Of a stretch of 64,000 nucleotides of DNA, positions 1 to 13,065 are shown piece after piece. The notes beneath the pieces are model-generated. The model did not search any database. It saw nothing but the letters and a program-made list of their open reading frames with translations, and had not been told where the DNA came from. The stretch's first letter is position 1, and each line of letters opens with the position of its first letter. A program made the translations under genes and the position numbers. Source of the DNA: Podarcis bocagei (taxonomy: Eukaryota); NCBI GenBank assembly GCA_964188305.1, contig OZ076897.1. One strand, written 5' to 3'.

Positions 1-528
1 GGCAGCATTTAGGCAAGCTCCTTGAGGCACCTGGGTCTCAAGCCATTTAGCACTTCAAACTGCACTTGGATATTGTCAGGGAACTGCCATCAGTGCCGGA
101 GGGAGAGAGCAAAAGCCAGAGGGATACCAGAGAGCGTCCAGGGATCAGGAGAAGCAGCCCATCTTCTGGGGAAGAGAATCAGCGTAGCACCAGTGGAGAA
201 GGGGGGCAGATGGGGGAAGCGGCGAGGCGATCCCATGACTCCTTGCCTGGGACCAGCGGGGAGAGTAGGGGTCCTCCGTTGCCCACGCCCTCCTTGCGCA
301 GAAGGCTTTCGCGCAGAGAGAGTAGGAGGAGACTAGGCGTCAAAGAGCTTCTTTGCTGGAAGAAGTTTAAGAAACGCCCACTGACGGATTCTGCCAGCGA
401 TTGAGTCAGCCATGGGTGAGTGGCTGTCCGGACAGAAAAGATTCACTTTGGCAACCCAGCCAGGTGTTTGCACCCAGCCGGGGAGATAAGCACCGGCTTA
501 CGCACGAGCAATCCCTAGAACCATTACA
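1..528 (+). mobile_element. Probable LTR fragment (Gypsy-type solo LTR, truncated by the window edge)
   Basis: GC/CpG-rich purine-skewed block ending abruptly at CCATTACA (528), after which composition drops to background; style similar to 28592-29198. Confidence 0.45.
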
Positions 529-1725
529 GATATAGACCAGTAGAGCTGGTGAGATACATTCCCTACCATGGCCCTAGTCAGCTGCTGTATTTTGAACTAA
601 CCAAAACTTCCAATAAGTTTCCAAAGGCTCATTGCAGTAGTCTTAGGGCAGCCATTAACTTTTCTTTAGCCCATATTTCTTTAGTAGTGACCAACAGTCC
701 ACCATAGCCAGAAGCTGCCAGGCTTGCTTGCCCCCATTGCTTGGCAGCCATGCCCTGTGGTACGTTCAAAGGACCAGACCACATGAAGAACCATTCTTAG
801 CACTTGTTCTTCTCTTGAGCACACCCACCATAAAAGCTGCCTTATACTAATACATTTGGCCATCTAGCCCACTACTGTCTAGTACAGCTTTCCCTAACCT
901 GGTGCCATTCAGATGTTTTGGACTACAGTCCCCATAATCCCCAGCCACCATGACCAGTGGTAAAGCATGCTGAGAGCTGTAGTCCAGCCACATCTGGAAG
1001 GCCACTGATTCCCCATCCCTGGTCCAGATGCAATGCAGGAAATGTCCTCAATTTTGCCCAGCACTTATGGCTCAGGGATAAACAAGGCCTTGTTATTTTG
1101 GTCATATCGAATGTATATTATTATATATTTCAAACACATTGTTTTTCTCTGTAGTCATCTTGTTTTTCTAAGGTTGTGACCCACAAACTGCAAGCTTTCA
1201 AAGTCACAAAAGACCCATTTCTGCAAGAAACACGAACATTCACCATCCAGCACAATTCACAATCGTCGTGCCATTTGCTGTTTTCTGCGCTGGCTTGTTC
1301 CAAGCATGTGATTTTTCAATGGCTGGCTTGTTGCAAAGTTGTGTCACTATAACTCCTACAGGTTATGTGAATCGCAGATACAAAGGAAGGGTTTTGAAGG
1401 ACGCAGTGGCATTTTTATTGCTCTTCTTGAACACTGCCAAAGTGGCAGAAGGTTGCTGAGCAATGGGGTAAAAATGATGACACATTGGTGGTAATGTTTC
1501 CCCCCCTTTCTAATCTGTATTTTCTTTTCATCTTTCATTGTTTAGAGTGGAAGGTAAATATATTTGTGTATTATAAATAATTTCATTCTGCTTCTCCAGT
1601 AAAAATGCCCAAGGCAACCAACAGCTAAAAATAAGAACAACAATTTCTACAGTATGTACCTAAATCTATTTTAGACTATCTATTCCAGGATCACCATTAA
1701 TGGGAGAAACTTTGTTCCCTTAGAT

Positions 1726-2085
1726 CTGTGGTTCCCAACCATTGGGGGTTTTTTGGCCATGCCTCACCTAAGCAGTTCTAAAATCCCGATTGCGCCCCCC
1801 CCCCCGTGACATATAATTCTTATTATTCAAAAAGTGAACTCCTATTCACATGGAGGAAGCCTAAAAGACCATTAACTTGATACACATTAACCTGACTGCT
1901 GTGTACATTCTGATTTTAATTTTTAAAATGTGTATGCCACACTGTATATTTACATACTGTATATGAGGCCCCTAGAAACATAAGAAATGCAAAAAAATTC
2001 ACTGTTAATAATTCATTCTCGATTTACCCCCTTAAAAATGAAATTGCCCCCTTGTGGGGCGTGTGCCCCACGTTGAGAACCATGG
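1726..2085. mobile_element. hAT-type non-autonomous DNA transposon
   Basis: TIR-like ends CTGTGGTTCCCAAC and GTTGAGAACCATGG; 8-bp TSD CCTTAGAT/CCTTAGAC. Confidence 0.75.
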
Positions 2086-2430
2086 CCTTAGACAGTGATC
2101 CACATAAACTACAAAACAAAAGAAAGGGGGGTAATTTTCAGGGCACTGGACCTGCACTAAGGGTTGACTCCTCTCTGAACCCTATGGGTGACTTTGGAGA
2201 TCAGTCCTACCTCTCAAAATTGTTGTGATGGTTTTGGAATTTGGCTGGGGGAGACCTGAGCAATTCATATCCCTGATCAGCAATGTGACATGGCCACAAT
2301 CCAATGCATAGGTTCCATTCAACTGATTACTCTTCTGGCTGCATATGTTCTGCTTGTAAACTACATTGAGCATCAGCAAAACCACTTCAGCTTCAGCTTT
2401 CAATTAGAACTGCAAACTAACTTGCAAGTG

Positions 2431-2656
2431 CAGTGGTACCTTGGGTTAAGTACTTACTTCGTTCTGGAGGTCCGTACTTAACCTGAAACTGTTCTTAACC
2501 TGAAGCACCACTTTAGCTAATGGGGCCTCCTGCTGCTGCCGCACCACCAGAGCACGATTTCTGTTCTCATCCTGAAGCAAAGTTCTTAACCTGAAGCACT
2601 ATTTCTGGGTTACCGGAGTCTGTAACCTGAAGCGTATGTAACCCGAGGTACCACTG
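2431..2656. mobile_element. Tc1/mariner (Tigger-like) MITE
   Basis: TIRs CAGTGGTACCTTGGGTTA and TAACCCGAGGTACCACTG followed by TA; closely related copy at 39100-39325. Confidence 0.85.
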
Positions 2657-3301
2657 TAACTGTTACTATTTAAACTGCTAGCATGAAGTAGGGACTCCAT
2701 CAAAGGAAGGAAGTAACCAGTCTCTGCTTGACTATTTCCCTCATTCTCTGATCTCCTCTATGTCAGGAACCAATACTAAAAATTGAAAGCCTTCTTATCA
2801 CCTCATTCATTTGCCAGAGCAAGGAAAGTTTCACCAGTTACCCCAGAGCTCTGGTGGATGACACCACCACTCCTCAGGAAAAAATTCTGAAGTGGCGCTT
2901 TCTCTCTTGCACCCTGGGTCCTGCCCCAGTATACCACAGGATGTTCAATAAACCAGGGTGAAAGGTAAAAGACAAATCATAATCAACTAGTCAACATACT
3001 GGAATGTCTGGGCAGTTTTTAAAGATTGTCTGCTCTTTGCCTGGTGCTGAGAATACATCAAAATAGGGGCCAGGAGAGCTTCTCTGAATAGATCGTTCTT
3101 CTGATGATGGTGAGGTTGGAGGAAGGCTTACAAATGAAGACTGTAAAGTGCAGGCTGGCTCATGTAAGGTTCTGTGTCTTACCACATGTTGTTTGACTCC
3201 AGCTCCCACCATCCATGATCATTTTCATTGTTGTTGTTGATTATGATGATTAAATTTGTATACCGCCCTTCATCTGAAGACCTCAAGGCAGTTCACAGCA
3301 T

Positions 3302-3982
3302 AAAGCTCAACATCAAAAAAACGAAGATCATGGCCACTGGTCCCATCACCTCCTGGCCAATAGAAGGGGAAGAAATGGAGGCAGTGAGAGATTTTACTTT
3401 CTTGGGTTCCATGATCACTGCAGATGGTGACAGCAGGCATGAAATTAAAAGACGCCTGCTTCTTGGGAGAAAAGCAATGACAAACCTAGACAGCATTTTA
3501 AAAAGTAGAGACATCACCTTGCCAACAAAGGTCCGTATAGTTAAAGCTATGGTTTTCCCAGTAGTGATGTATGGAAGTGAGAGCTGGACCATAAAGAAAG
3601 CTGATCGCTAAAGAATTGATGCTTTTGAATTATGGTGCTGGAGGAGACTCTTGGGAGTCCCATGGACTGCAAGAAGATCAAACCTCTCCATTCTTAAGGA
3701 AATCAGCCCTGAGTGCTCACTGGAAGGACAGATCCTGAAGCTGAGACTCCAATACTTTGGCCACCTCATGAGAAGAGAAGGAAAAGACCCTGATGTTGGG
3801 AAAGATGGAGGGCACAAGGAGAAGGGGACGACAGAGGACGAGATGGTTGGACAGTGTTCTCGAAGCTACCAGCATGAGTTTGATCAAACTGCAGGAGGCA
3901 GTGGAAGACAGGAGTGCCTAGCGTGCTCTGGTCCATGGGGTAACGAACAGTTGGACACGACTAAACGACTAAACAACAACAA
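3302..3982 (+). mobile_element. Bov-B (RTE clade) LINE, 5'-truncated
   Basis: RT C-terminal peptide KLNIKKTKIMATGPITSWPIEGEEMEAVRDFTFLGSMIT...EIKRRLLLGRKAMTNLDSILKSRDITLPTKVRIVKAMVFPVVMYGSESWT, with stop and frameshift; 3' end GACTAAACGACTAAACAACAAC. Confidence 0.92.
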
Positions 3983-5778
3983 AACTTAATAAAAACAAGA
4001 ACAAAACAAACTGATGGGAGTTGGAGTCCAACAACATCTGGAGGGCTACAGGTTCTCAACCTTGGCTTTATAGGTGACAGCCAGCACTTCAAATTGCACC
4101 TGGACAAGGACCAGCAACCAGTGTTCCCTATATAGCTGGTGCCACTTAGAAACATAGCAGCTGTGTTTTCCACTAACTGAAGATAGATGTTTAGCTAGGC
4201 CACCTCTGGAAGAATGGTGCTGAATTAAAGGTTGTGTTACCCATTTAAGAACAAATGCTTCAGTAGTCATTAGTATCATTTGTTCTTAAAAGAAGATTTG
4301 TTCTATTCACAAAGGATCCCCCCCTCCACCCCACTCTGCACATGACTAAAGGGATATGTTCTCAAAGCTTCTTTTTCTGGAGTTATTAAATTGGAGCAAT
4401 TGTTTGCCAATTAAATGCTCTACTTGGGATGTATTCTTGTCATCTTTGCTGATGCATCTGGACCACTGTTCTCCCCGAGTTTCTGATTTCAACAGCCTCC
4501 AGCACTATGGCATCTTGGGACTGTTTCCCATGATGCAACTGTGTTGCGTTTCAAGGAGTAAGAGAGGCTCATGGGAGGCACTCTTGGAAAAGGGGAGGGA
4601 AGGACTTTTGCCCAGGAGAATGACATGTTTTCAGCATGGGTCAGTCTTGAGATCTTCCGATCGCTAGAGATAATCAGAGTTTTAAATGGAACAACAGAAA
4701 CCTTATCAAAGGCACATTTTAGATGAATGGAGAAAAATAAAACTAGACAGAATTAGCAACTAGCTAAACAAGCGAGAATTAGTTAGCCAAAATTTTAATT
4801 GAGCTACAAGATAGTCAGCCCCGAAGCCAACGCTAGAATCTGCTTGTGTGTGTAAGAGATTTAAGAGTTTCCACAATACTGAGAACGTGTCCATTCTGTA
4901 TCTTGTCCCTGGCGTATTTTGAAAGTTCCCTGTAGAACATCCAGCCCTAACCTACTTAGATGAAGGCCTTTGAGACACATGGAGCAAATGAAGACTCTGT
5001 TCTTGATAGGGTGGCCACTTAGGGATCACAAAAAGGAGGCAAAAGAGAGCACAGATTTGCATGAAATTTGCATGTGCTGATTCATATTTATGGCTGCACA
5101 TTGAGAAAGAATTAAACAGAAACACAGTATAGTTCACTAGAGAGTAAAAGGCTTTGACCTGTGTGCCTGCTCTGTCTGCTGCATGCCGCTGATGGGCATG
5201 TTCCAGACCCCTGCAGGCCTCCCTTTCTATGGTTATTCATATTTAAGCCAGGCAGCCTGTCAAACACAGGGATCCTTCAAACAGAGGACTGTCTTCTACA
5301 AAGAAGGGTGCATGGCCACACTTGCTTTCAAAGCTGTTTTGTGCTCTTAGCAGCCCATGATGGGTGCTGGCTTTAGGTCAAGTCAACAGCAGTAGCAGCG
5401 TCACTTTCCGTGGGATCTTCTCCAGGTTCTCCACACCATCACTTTATGTTTTCTTTAGATTTCACCACATGAGGACTTGTAACCGTAACCAATAAAAATC
5501 CAAGTAGTTTATGAATGAACGAATAAATAAACAAATTCTTCATTCATTTCAAACGTTATGAATCCATATTGGGATGGCGGCGGCAGCAGTGTTGAGCACC
5601 TGACCATGTCATGTTCCGAGCAGATGCACTGAAGTAACTGGGTTAAGTTAGCATGCCTAACACAAGTCTACCGATCCCAGTGGATCTACTGTGAGCACGA
5701 CTGAAAGTACAATTCTAACTCTCTGAACAGTGCTGCTTTAGGGGGATTAGGTCAGGTTCCCTCTGCCAGCTACAGATG

Positions 5779-6534
5779 CAGTGCTGGATTTACGTATAAG
5801 CTAAACAAGCTATAGTTTAGGGTCCCACTCTCTTAAAAGGTAAAGCTAAAGGGACCCCTGACCATTAGGTCCAGTCATGGCCGATTCTGGGGTTGCGGTG
5901 CTCATCTCGCTTTATTGGCCGAAGGAGCCGGCGTACAGCTTCCAGGTCATGTGGCCAGCATGACTAAGCTGCTTCTGGCGAACCAGAGCAGCGCACGGAA
6001 ATGCCGTTTACCTTCTTGCCGGAGTGGTACCTATTTATCTACTTGCACTTTGACATGCTTTCGAACTGCTAGGTTGGCAGGAGCAGGGGCTGAGCAACGG
6101 AAGCTCACCCCATCGCGGGGATTTGGCTCGCCGACCTTCTGATCGGCAAGCCCTAGGCTTTGTGGTTTAAGCCACAGCTCCACCCGTGTCTTAGGGCCCC
6201 CCCAAAAAATATAAAGAAAAAAATATAAGATAAAAACAAATAAAATAAAACCTACTTACAGCAACAGTGTTTTGTTTTGTGTAGGCTCCTACGATGTAAA
6301 TAATGGGCCCCGCCTGCTAGCCTGCTCCCTAAAATATCACTGGTTTGCTCATTTCTATATATTTTGTTATGTGCATATGGTTTTAAATACCTATTAGGTC
6401 CATAAATTACCATATAGCATAGATTCGACACAAAAAACAGCAACAATTTGTTGTTGACAAAGGACAGCTGGACATGGAAAGGGCTCCATTACCTTCAGTA
6501 GCTTAGGGCCTCATCAAACCTAAATCCGGCCCTG
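5779..6534. mobile_element. hAT-type non-autonomous transposon with nested Sauria SINE
   Basis: TIRs CAGTGCTGGATTTA and TAAATCCGGCCCTG; perfect 8-bp TSD TACAGATG at 5771-78 and 6535-42. Confidence 0.85.
5836..6188 (-). mobile_element. Sauria SINE (Squam1-type)
   Basis: Reverse complement of the tRNA-headed SINE at 43546-43870; (ACCTTT)-type tail at the 5836 end. Confidence 0.9.
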
Positions 6535-8289
6535 TACAGATGATGGTGTTCCTGCTGGCAGTAGCCAGTGCACTGCCCCCCAAACAATTGCATTATGAGG
6601 CAAGATAGAGGTGGAACTGGGCTACCTATGTACCCACTGGATGGATGGTCCATTTGCTTCTGCTGTGACAGCCTGGAGCTGATGCAGCAAAAACGAAATG
6701 GCCAGCAGTGCTCTGGGTGCGGCAGAGGACCTGTTGCTCCACACTGCTATTAATATTTTGTTATCGTTAACAAAAGATTCAGGATCAAAATATCTACGTA
6801 AAATAGTTCCGAAATGCTTAAGTGTTGTTCCTGTTAAAATAAATTCAAAACGCCTAACATGGTAGTCCAGTTTCCGACCGTGCTATTAGTAGCAGATTGT
6901 TCTGGAGACGATTAACAAGGGAGGGTTTTACAGGGGAGGGTGGAGATAACCATTATCACCTGCTAATTGCTGTAGTGCTGCTGCTGCTGCTGTTGTTGTT
7001 ATTAATGAATTAATAATAATGGATGGCACATCTATTAAAAGCACAGCAGCAGGAGCTGGCTGAAAAGTTGGCAGCTGCTTGAGCACATTAGAATTCGAAA
7101 GAGAATTGGGAATGCCTTGAGAATTGTCCAGACTCTTTCTGTATTATTATTTTTAAAAAATAAACACTCCCCCCAACCAAGCAAACCAGGAAAGGCAGTA
7201 TTATGTGGCTGTCCTCCCCTTTTGACATGCACGTAAATTGCAGAGGGAAGGTCTCTAGTCAGTTACTATGCAACATCCTATCAGTGAGATTTCTGAAATT
7301 TTTGCAGGGTGTGCTCTGTATATGGTAACTGTGGGCTGGTGTTTGCCTTGTCTTCGCTGGAAGAGGCCTCTGGTTTTGTCCTGAGGGTCTACGTAAGGTC
7401 AACTTCCCACCCTATCCCCTACCCTCCAACTTCCACTCCCAGCGATCTTACAGAAAGCCAAATGGAGAGTGGAGAAAAGGAGTCCCTTTTGCCAAGCAAA
7501 GGCTGACTGATAAAAGCAGGGCTCTCTGTTAGAACAGCTTGAAGTGCAAATAGCTAGGAGGTTTATCCACTCAAACAAAGCAAAGAGCAATCAAATCCCC
7601 TTGAAGATGTACCTGTGTCCTCGACAGAAACACAGATAAAGATGATGAAGATGTACTCTGGGAAAATTCCCTCTCTTCCTTAACAACATCTCCCATGTGT
7701 ATAACGGCAGAGATTCTTTTTCCTTCCGCCACGAGCTGTTCTGTAAAATAAAAGTCTCTAGGATCTTTTCACTGTGTATTACCGGAAAAACAAAGACGAC
7801 TTAAAAACTAAACAGAATCAACAACACGAGGTCTTTCATCTTTCCTAGTAAAAGAGCACCTGGTACTTGGGCACAGGCAGTGACTGGTGGCATTTAATGG
7901 ATATCTTAACTCTGAAATATTTGCAAATTCCTATACAACATGACCTGATGTCAGATTAATGCGTACATTAATGGGTGTCCACAGGATTTTGCCCTTCTCT
8001 AAATGTTGCAGCACAGGTCCTGACATTTTAAAACACTTTTAAAAACTATTTTTTGAGAGAAAATGTGCATTTAAATTTGAATTTGTGAGGGAAAGCCATC
8101 ATTTTTTAGGTACCCTTTCTGGAAAGGTGTTAGGCTATTGCAGCAGAAGTCTTGAGGCCCCTTGAAGTTTTAAAGGTGCAGGCATGCCCATGCCTATTCA
8201 GAAGTAAGTCCTGCTGAGTTTGGTGGGGCCTGCTCTCAGCTAAGTGGGGTTAGGTTTGCAGCTTAACATGTTTATTTTATCATCCACTT

Positions 8290-8375
8290 TTGTGATGCAG
8301 TTGACCTGAGTCCACAAAAGCTTCTCCCATAATAACTGCGCTAGTCTTTAAGATGCCCCAAGTGTCTCGGTTGAT
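8290..8375 (+). mobile_element. Degenerate Penelope-like element end
   Basis: AGTCCACAAAAGCTT...AATAA...CTAGTCTTTAAGATGCC resembles the recalled sauropsid Penelope terminal sequence; a reverse-strand remnant may lie at about 63530-63595. Confidence 0.4.
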
Positions 8376-8541
8376 TTTCCATTTACATATGTATTTGAAT
8401 GTGTGTTTTGAGATAGGAGTTGTTATCGTTTAATATGGAAACAGAACACAGTAATGGGTTAAAACATGCAAAAACAGACAGATTTGCCCATCCCTTTCCT
8501 GGCCTGGGTTGCACCCATGGTTCATGATCATTTGCATATGA

Positions 8542-9271
8542 TGATTTGCATATGATGTTATGATAATGATTTATAGATGGTATATAACACCGGTAAAACT
8601 AGCGAAAATGTATAAGACATGTAATAAGTGTTGGAAATGTAAAGCTAAAGAAGGTTCTTTTTATCATATGTGGTGGCAATGTAAGAAAGTGAAAGGCTTC
8701 TGGGAAATGATATGCAATGAATTGAAGAAGATACTAAAATACACATTTGTAAAGAAACCAGAGGTCTTTCTGTTAGGGATTTTAGGAAATGAGATAAAGA
8801 GAAAAGACTGTAAATTTTTTCAATATGCAGTTACAGCTGCAAGAGTGTTACTGGCTCAGAAATGGAAACAACAGGAAATACCGACAATGGAAGAATGGAG
8901 AATGAAGCTGTTAGACTATGCTGAGTTGGATAAATTGACTGGGAAGATTAGATATCTAAGAGACCAAAAGTTCATCGAGGACTGGGGAAAATTTGTGGAA
9001 TATCTGAGAAGTATAAGTGAGGGGCAGATAACGCTAGAGGGATTTAAAGAAGCACTGTGAAATTTGAGAAGTATTGTTAAAAGGGATCAGAAGGGGAAAG
9101 GATTAAATAATGACAATACAAACTTAAGGAATGCGTAATTTAATATTGACTATGGATGATTTACGGAGAAGCTGAAGGAAGTCCAGAAAAGAAATATTTT
9201 GTGAAAAATTGGATGTGAAATTATTGTGTGTTTTTGTTGTAAATTAATAAAAAATATTTTTTTTAAAAAAA
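8542..9271 (+). mobile_element. L1-clade LINE 3' fragment
   Basis: ORF 8560-9060 has the ORF2 C-terminal Cys/His motif (CWKC...GSFYHMWWQC), then an A-rich 3' UTR with AATAAA; 18-bp TSD ATGATCATTTGCATATGA at 8524-8541 and 9272-9289. Confidence 0.88.
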
Positions 9272-10246
9272 ATGATCATTTGCATATGAAATTGATGCAG
9301 ACAAGGGGCTCTTTAACCCCTTCCTTCCCAGCACAAAAAGTAGCCAAGAGAATACAGACTTGCCCCTTGCCTGCTAACTTGCTTCAGTCGGGCCCAGTGG
9401 TGGAGGAAGCCATTTGGGTGCCTGGGGCTGCGTGCCCAGGGGCTGGGCGAGCCGCCTGTAAAGGCAGGGTGCACTGCAGGGCCTCCAGAGTCAGCCTGCC
9501 TCTTCCCACTCAGCCACCCTACAGCTAGGGGGGAGGCAGCGGGAGGACCATTTGGGAAGCGCGGAGCCTGCGCATACCCAAGCCACCGCGTCACTTCCAT
9601 GAAAGTTGTGTGGCTCGGGCGCGCTGCAGGCCCCGTGGTGAGTGCCGGCCGGAATTTTGTCACCCCCCTCAGTGGTGACACCCGGGCCAGACCGCACCCA
9701 CCACACACCCCTTCCTCTGCCCCTGGTCATGCCAATCACATTAATTGGGTATTGTGGTATGTACTTCTGGTCTCTTTCTCTCTGTGTAATAGTGGATCAA
9801 TATACTAATGCCTGCATTTTAATACTTTCCTTGGCAGTGAAGTTTTGGAATCAGCTTTGGAAGTTTTTGGAATCAGGGTGTAACTAGGTTTTTTTCCTTC
9901 TTCTAGTGAGCTCCTACATTTCAGAATTTACCATGACATCAAAGTGCAGGATAGAGGGGGTTGCTTTGAGTACAGAGTGATGTTGAAGGGGGCCGATTGG
10001 AAGTTTCTGTGGTCTGCGCTCGGCTTCTAGAATGCCTCTACTTAACCTAGCAACATTGTAGGGAAGTCCTTGTGTCCACTGTGTCTATATCTTGAAAATG
10101 GGACAGTCAACAGTAAAAATATCTCAAGTCCATATGCAGGGATTTCCATTCAGCAAATACCTCAGAAATTCTCACTTGTGATATCTTTACAGGTATGATC
10201 CAAAATTGGTGATAACGTGCAGGAAGCTAGCTATGCTATTTATATA

Positions 10247-11092
10247 CCGTATTTTTCGTCCTATAGGGCGCACCGGCCCATAGGACGCACCTAGGTTTTT
10301 TTGGGGGAAATTTTTTTTAAAAAATATTTCCCCCCCACCAGCCGTGGGGCTGGGGCGGGGGAAGCTCGAGCTTCCCCCGACCCCAGCCCCCAGAACACGC
10401 TGCCGCCCCAAGCCTTGCACACCCGGTGGGACCTCCCGCCGGGCGCGCAAGGCTTGCGGACATCTGCCCGAAGCACGGGTCGTGCTCCGCAGCACCCCCC
10501 GTGCTTCGGGCTGCAGGCTACCACCCCAAGCCTTGCGTGCCCAGTGGGACCTCCCGCCGGGCTCCCAAGGCTTGCAGATAGCTTCCTGAAGCCTGGGTCG
10601 TGCTCCGCAGTGCGCCCCGTGCTTCGGGCTTCAGGCTGCTGCCCCAAGCCTTGTGTGCCCGGTGAGACCTCCCGCCGGGCGCGCAAGGCTTGCAAAGATC
10701 TGCCCGAAGCACGGGGCGTGCTCCGCAGCACCCCACGTGCTTCGGGCTGCAGGCTGCCGCGGCAAGCCTTGCAAGCCCGGCGGGACCTCCCGCTGGACGC
10801 GCAAGGCTTGAGGACATCTGCCCAAAGCACGGGGCATGCTCTGGAGCGCGCCCCATGCTTCGGGCTGCAGGCTGCTGCCCGCAAGCCTTGGGAGCCGGGT
10901 GGGCACTCCCGCGGGCTCCCAAGGCTTGCGGATAGCTTCCTGAAGCCTGGAGAGCGAGAGGGGTCGGTGCGCACCGATGCCTCTCGCTCTCCAGGCTTCA
11001 GCGAAAGCCTGCATTCGCCCCATAGGACGCACACACATTTCCCCTTCATTTTTGGAGGAAAAAAAGTGCGTCCTATAGGGCGAAAAATATAG
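10247..11092. mobile_element. Tc1/mariner Tc2-like non-autonomous element with internal GC-rich tandem array
   Basis: TIRs CCGTATTTTTCGTCCTATAGGGCGCAC and GTGCGTCCTATAGGGCGAAAAATATAG; TA on both sides; internal repeats of about 120 bp at 10405-10930. Confidence 0.85.
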
Positions 11093-11937
11093 TATATAAG
11101 CAAACTTTGGGGGAAGAAGTTAGAAATATCCAGAATTAAGCTAACACTCTCATAATTTCCCCATAATTCCCTGTACTTTCTTCTAAAAATACACACACGC
11201 ACAAATTCAAACTGCTTTGGTATTGGTACTTGGGTCTGGCAGGTTTGTTCTCTATTATGAGATATTATTCATGATGTGAGGGATTCTCTCCTTACAATGA
11301 AACATCTGGAATAGCATCTTCACTCCTACGTTTTACAATTATCAGAAGCAGATGCACAATCTTTTTTTAAAAAAAATATGCACCACCAGCAGAAAAGTTG
11401 GAGGTCACCTATTCCTAGTTAAAAGGATCAGGTAGGAAGTGAGGTGAAAGACCTCTGCTGAGATTCTGAAGAGCTTCTGCCAGTCAAAGTAGGCAACACT
11501 GGGGTAGATGGACTAAAATATCTGACCCTGGTTAAGGCAACTTCCTGTGCAAACTTATACACACTGGTATTCCACTGGAAACAACAGGGTTTAGGCACGC
11601 CTAATGGTGGAAGATTTGAAATATGCCTGTCTGGCTACAATTAAATAGAATACAAATATTATTCCAGTCTTTTACAAAAAAGAACATAATGCGTAGGAGG
11701 ACTGTGAGAAGGAGAAATAGGAAAGGAGGAAAGCTTGCTCCTGACTTGACTGCTGTACAAACAATCTTGGCACACCTGCTGGTACGTTTGTTTTAACTGT
11801 TTTCACATGTGGTGTCCTACCCCACTTTTTGCTTTTTAATTGAGAGAGGGAAGATGTACCTAGGAAGAGAGGAGCTGGGGAGAACAAGGGGTCCCCCAAA
11901 CACAGTGGATCAGGGTAGGGGGAGCTAGGGGAGGCAG

Positions 11938-11996
<59 letters not shown>

Positions 11997-12778
11997 TTAG
12001 TTATACCCCGCCCATCTGGCTAGGTTTCCCCAGCCACTCTGGGTGGCTCCCAACAGAATATTAAAATACAATAATCTATTAAACATTAAAAGCTTCCCTA
12101 AACAGGGCTGCCTTCAGATGTCTTCTCAAAGTCTGGTAGTTTTTCCTCTTTTACATCTGGTGGGAGGGCGTTCCAAAGGAAGGGTGCCACTACCAAGAAG
12201 ACCCTCTGCCTGGTTCCCTGTAACTTGCCTTCTCACAGCGAGGGAACCGTCAGAAGGCCCTCAGCACTGGACCTCAGTGTCCGGGCAGAACGATGGGGGT
12301 GGAGACGCTCCTTCAGGTATACTGGGCTGAGGCCATTTAGGGCTTTAAAGGTCAGCACCAACACTTTGAATTGTGCTTGGAAACGTACTGGGAGCCAGTG
12401 TAGGTCTTTCAAGACCGGTGTTATGTGGTCTTGGCGGCCGTTCCCAGTCACCAGTCTAGCTGCCGCATTCTGGATTAGTTGTAGTTTCCAGGTCACCTTC
12501 AAAGGTAGCCCCACGTAGAGCGCATTGTAGTAGTCCAAGCGAGAGATAACCAGAGCATGCACCACTCTGGCAAAACAGTCCGCAGGCAGGTAGGGTCTCA
12601 ACCTGTGGACCAGATGGAGCTGGTAGACAGCTGCCCTGGACACAGAATGGACCTGCACCTCCATGGACAACTGTGAGTCCAGAATGACTCCCAGGCTGCG
12701 CACCTGGTCCTTCAGGGGCACAGTTACCCCATTCAGGACCTGGGAGCCCTCCACACCTGCCCGCCTCCTGTCCCCCAA
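11938..12778 (-). mobile_element. L2-clade LINE 3' fragment with (TTA)n tail
   Basis: ORF 12233-12784 encodes the L2 RT C-terminus (LGVILDSQLS...VHALVISRLDYYNALYVGLP...LQLIQNAAARLV...HITPVLKDLHWLPV); (AAT)n at 11938-11996 is the tail. Confidence 0.9.
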
Positions 12779-12799
12779 AAACATGGGGGACTGTGCCGA

Positions 12800-13065
12800 C
12801 CCCTCCTATAAGCTGGGGAACTGTGGTTGTCCTATCAGCCAGCCCTCTGGGCTGCAGCTTCTGCTGTTGAATGCCAGGTTGGCTCTGAATAAGATCTCCT
12901 TCTTCCATGATCTTTGTGGAAGAGGAGGCCCATCTGGTCTGCATCACTGAGACCTGGGTGGGTGAGCAGGAGTTGGTTTCACCCAGCTGTGCCCACCTTG
13001 GTAACGGTGCAGCATCGAGGCAGACTTGAGGAGCAGGACAGAGAAGTTGCTACAGCCTATAGAAA
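12800..13065 (+). mobile_element. Degenerate L2 ORF2 N-terminal (APE endonuclease) fragment
   Basis: Translates across frameshifts as LLLLNAR...NK...HDL...LVCITETWVGE...VQH.GRLE...VA..YR, matching the APE motifs NARS and CITETW. Confidence 0.65.

Noticed and set aside
8560-9060. 166-aa ORF as a host gene
   Set aside because: It is the L1 ORF2 C-terminus of a 5'-truncated copy enclosed by a TSD.
10187-11202. Overlapping 130-300-aa ORFs on both strands
   Set aside because: They arise from a GC-rich tandem array inside a MITE and show no transposase motifs.
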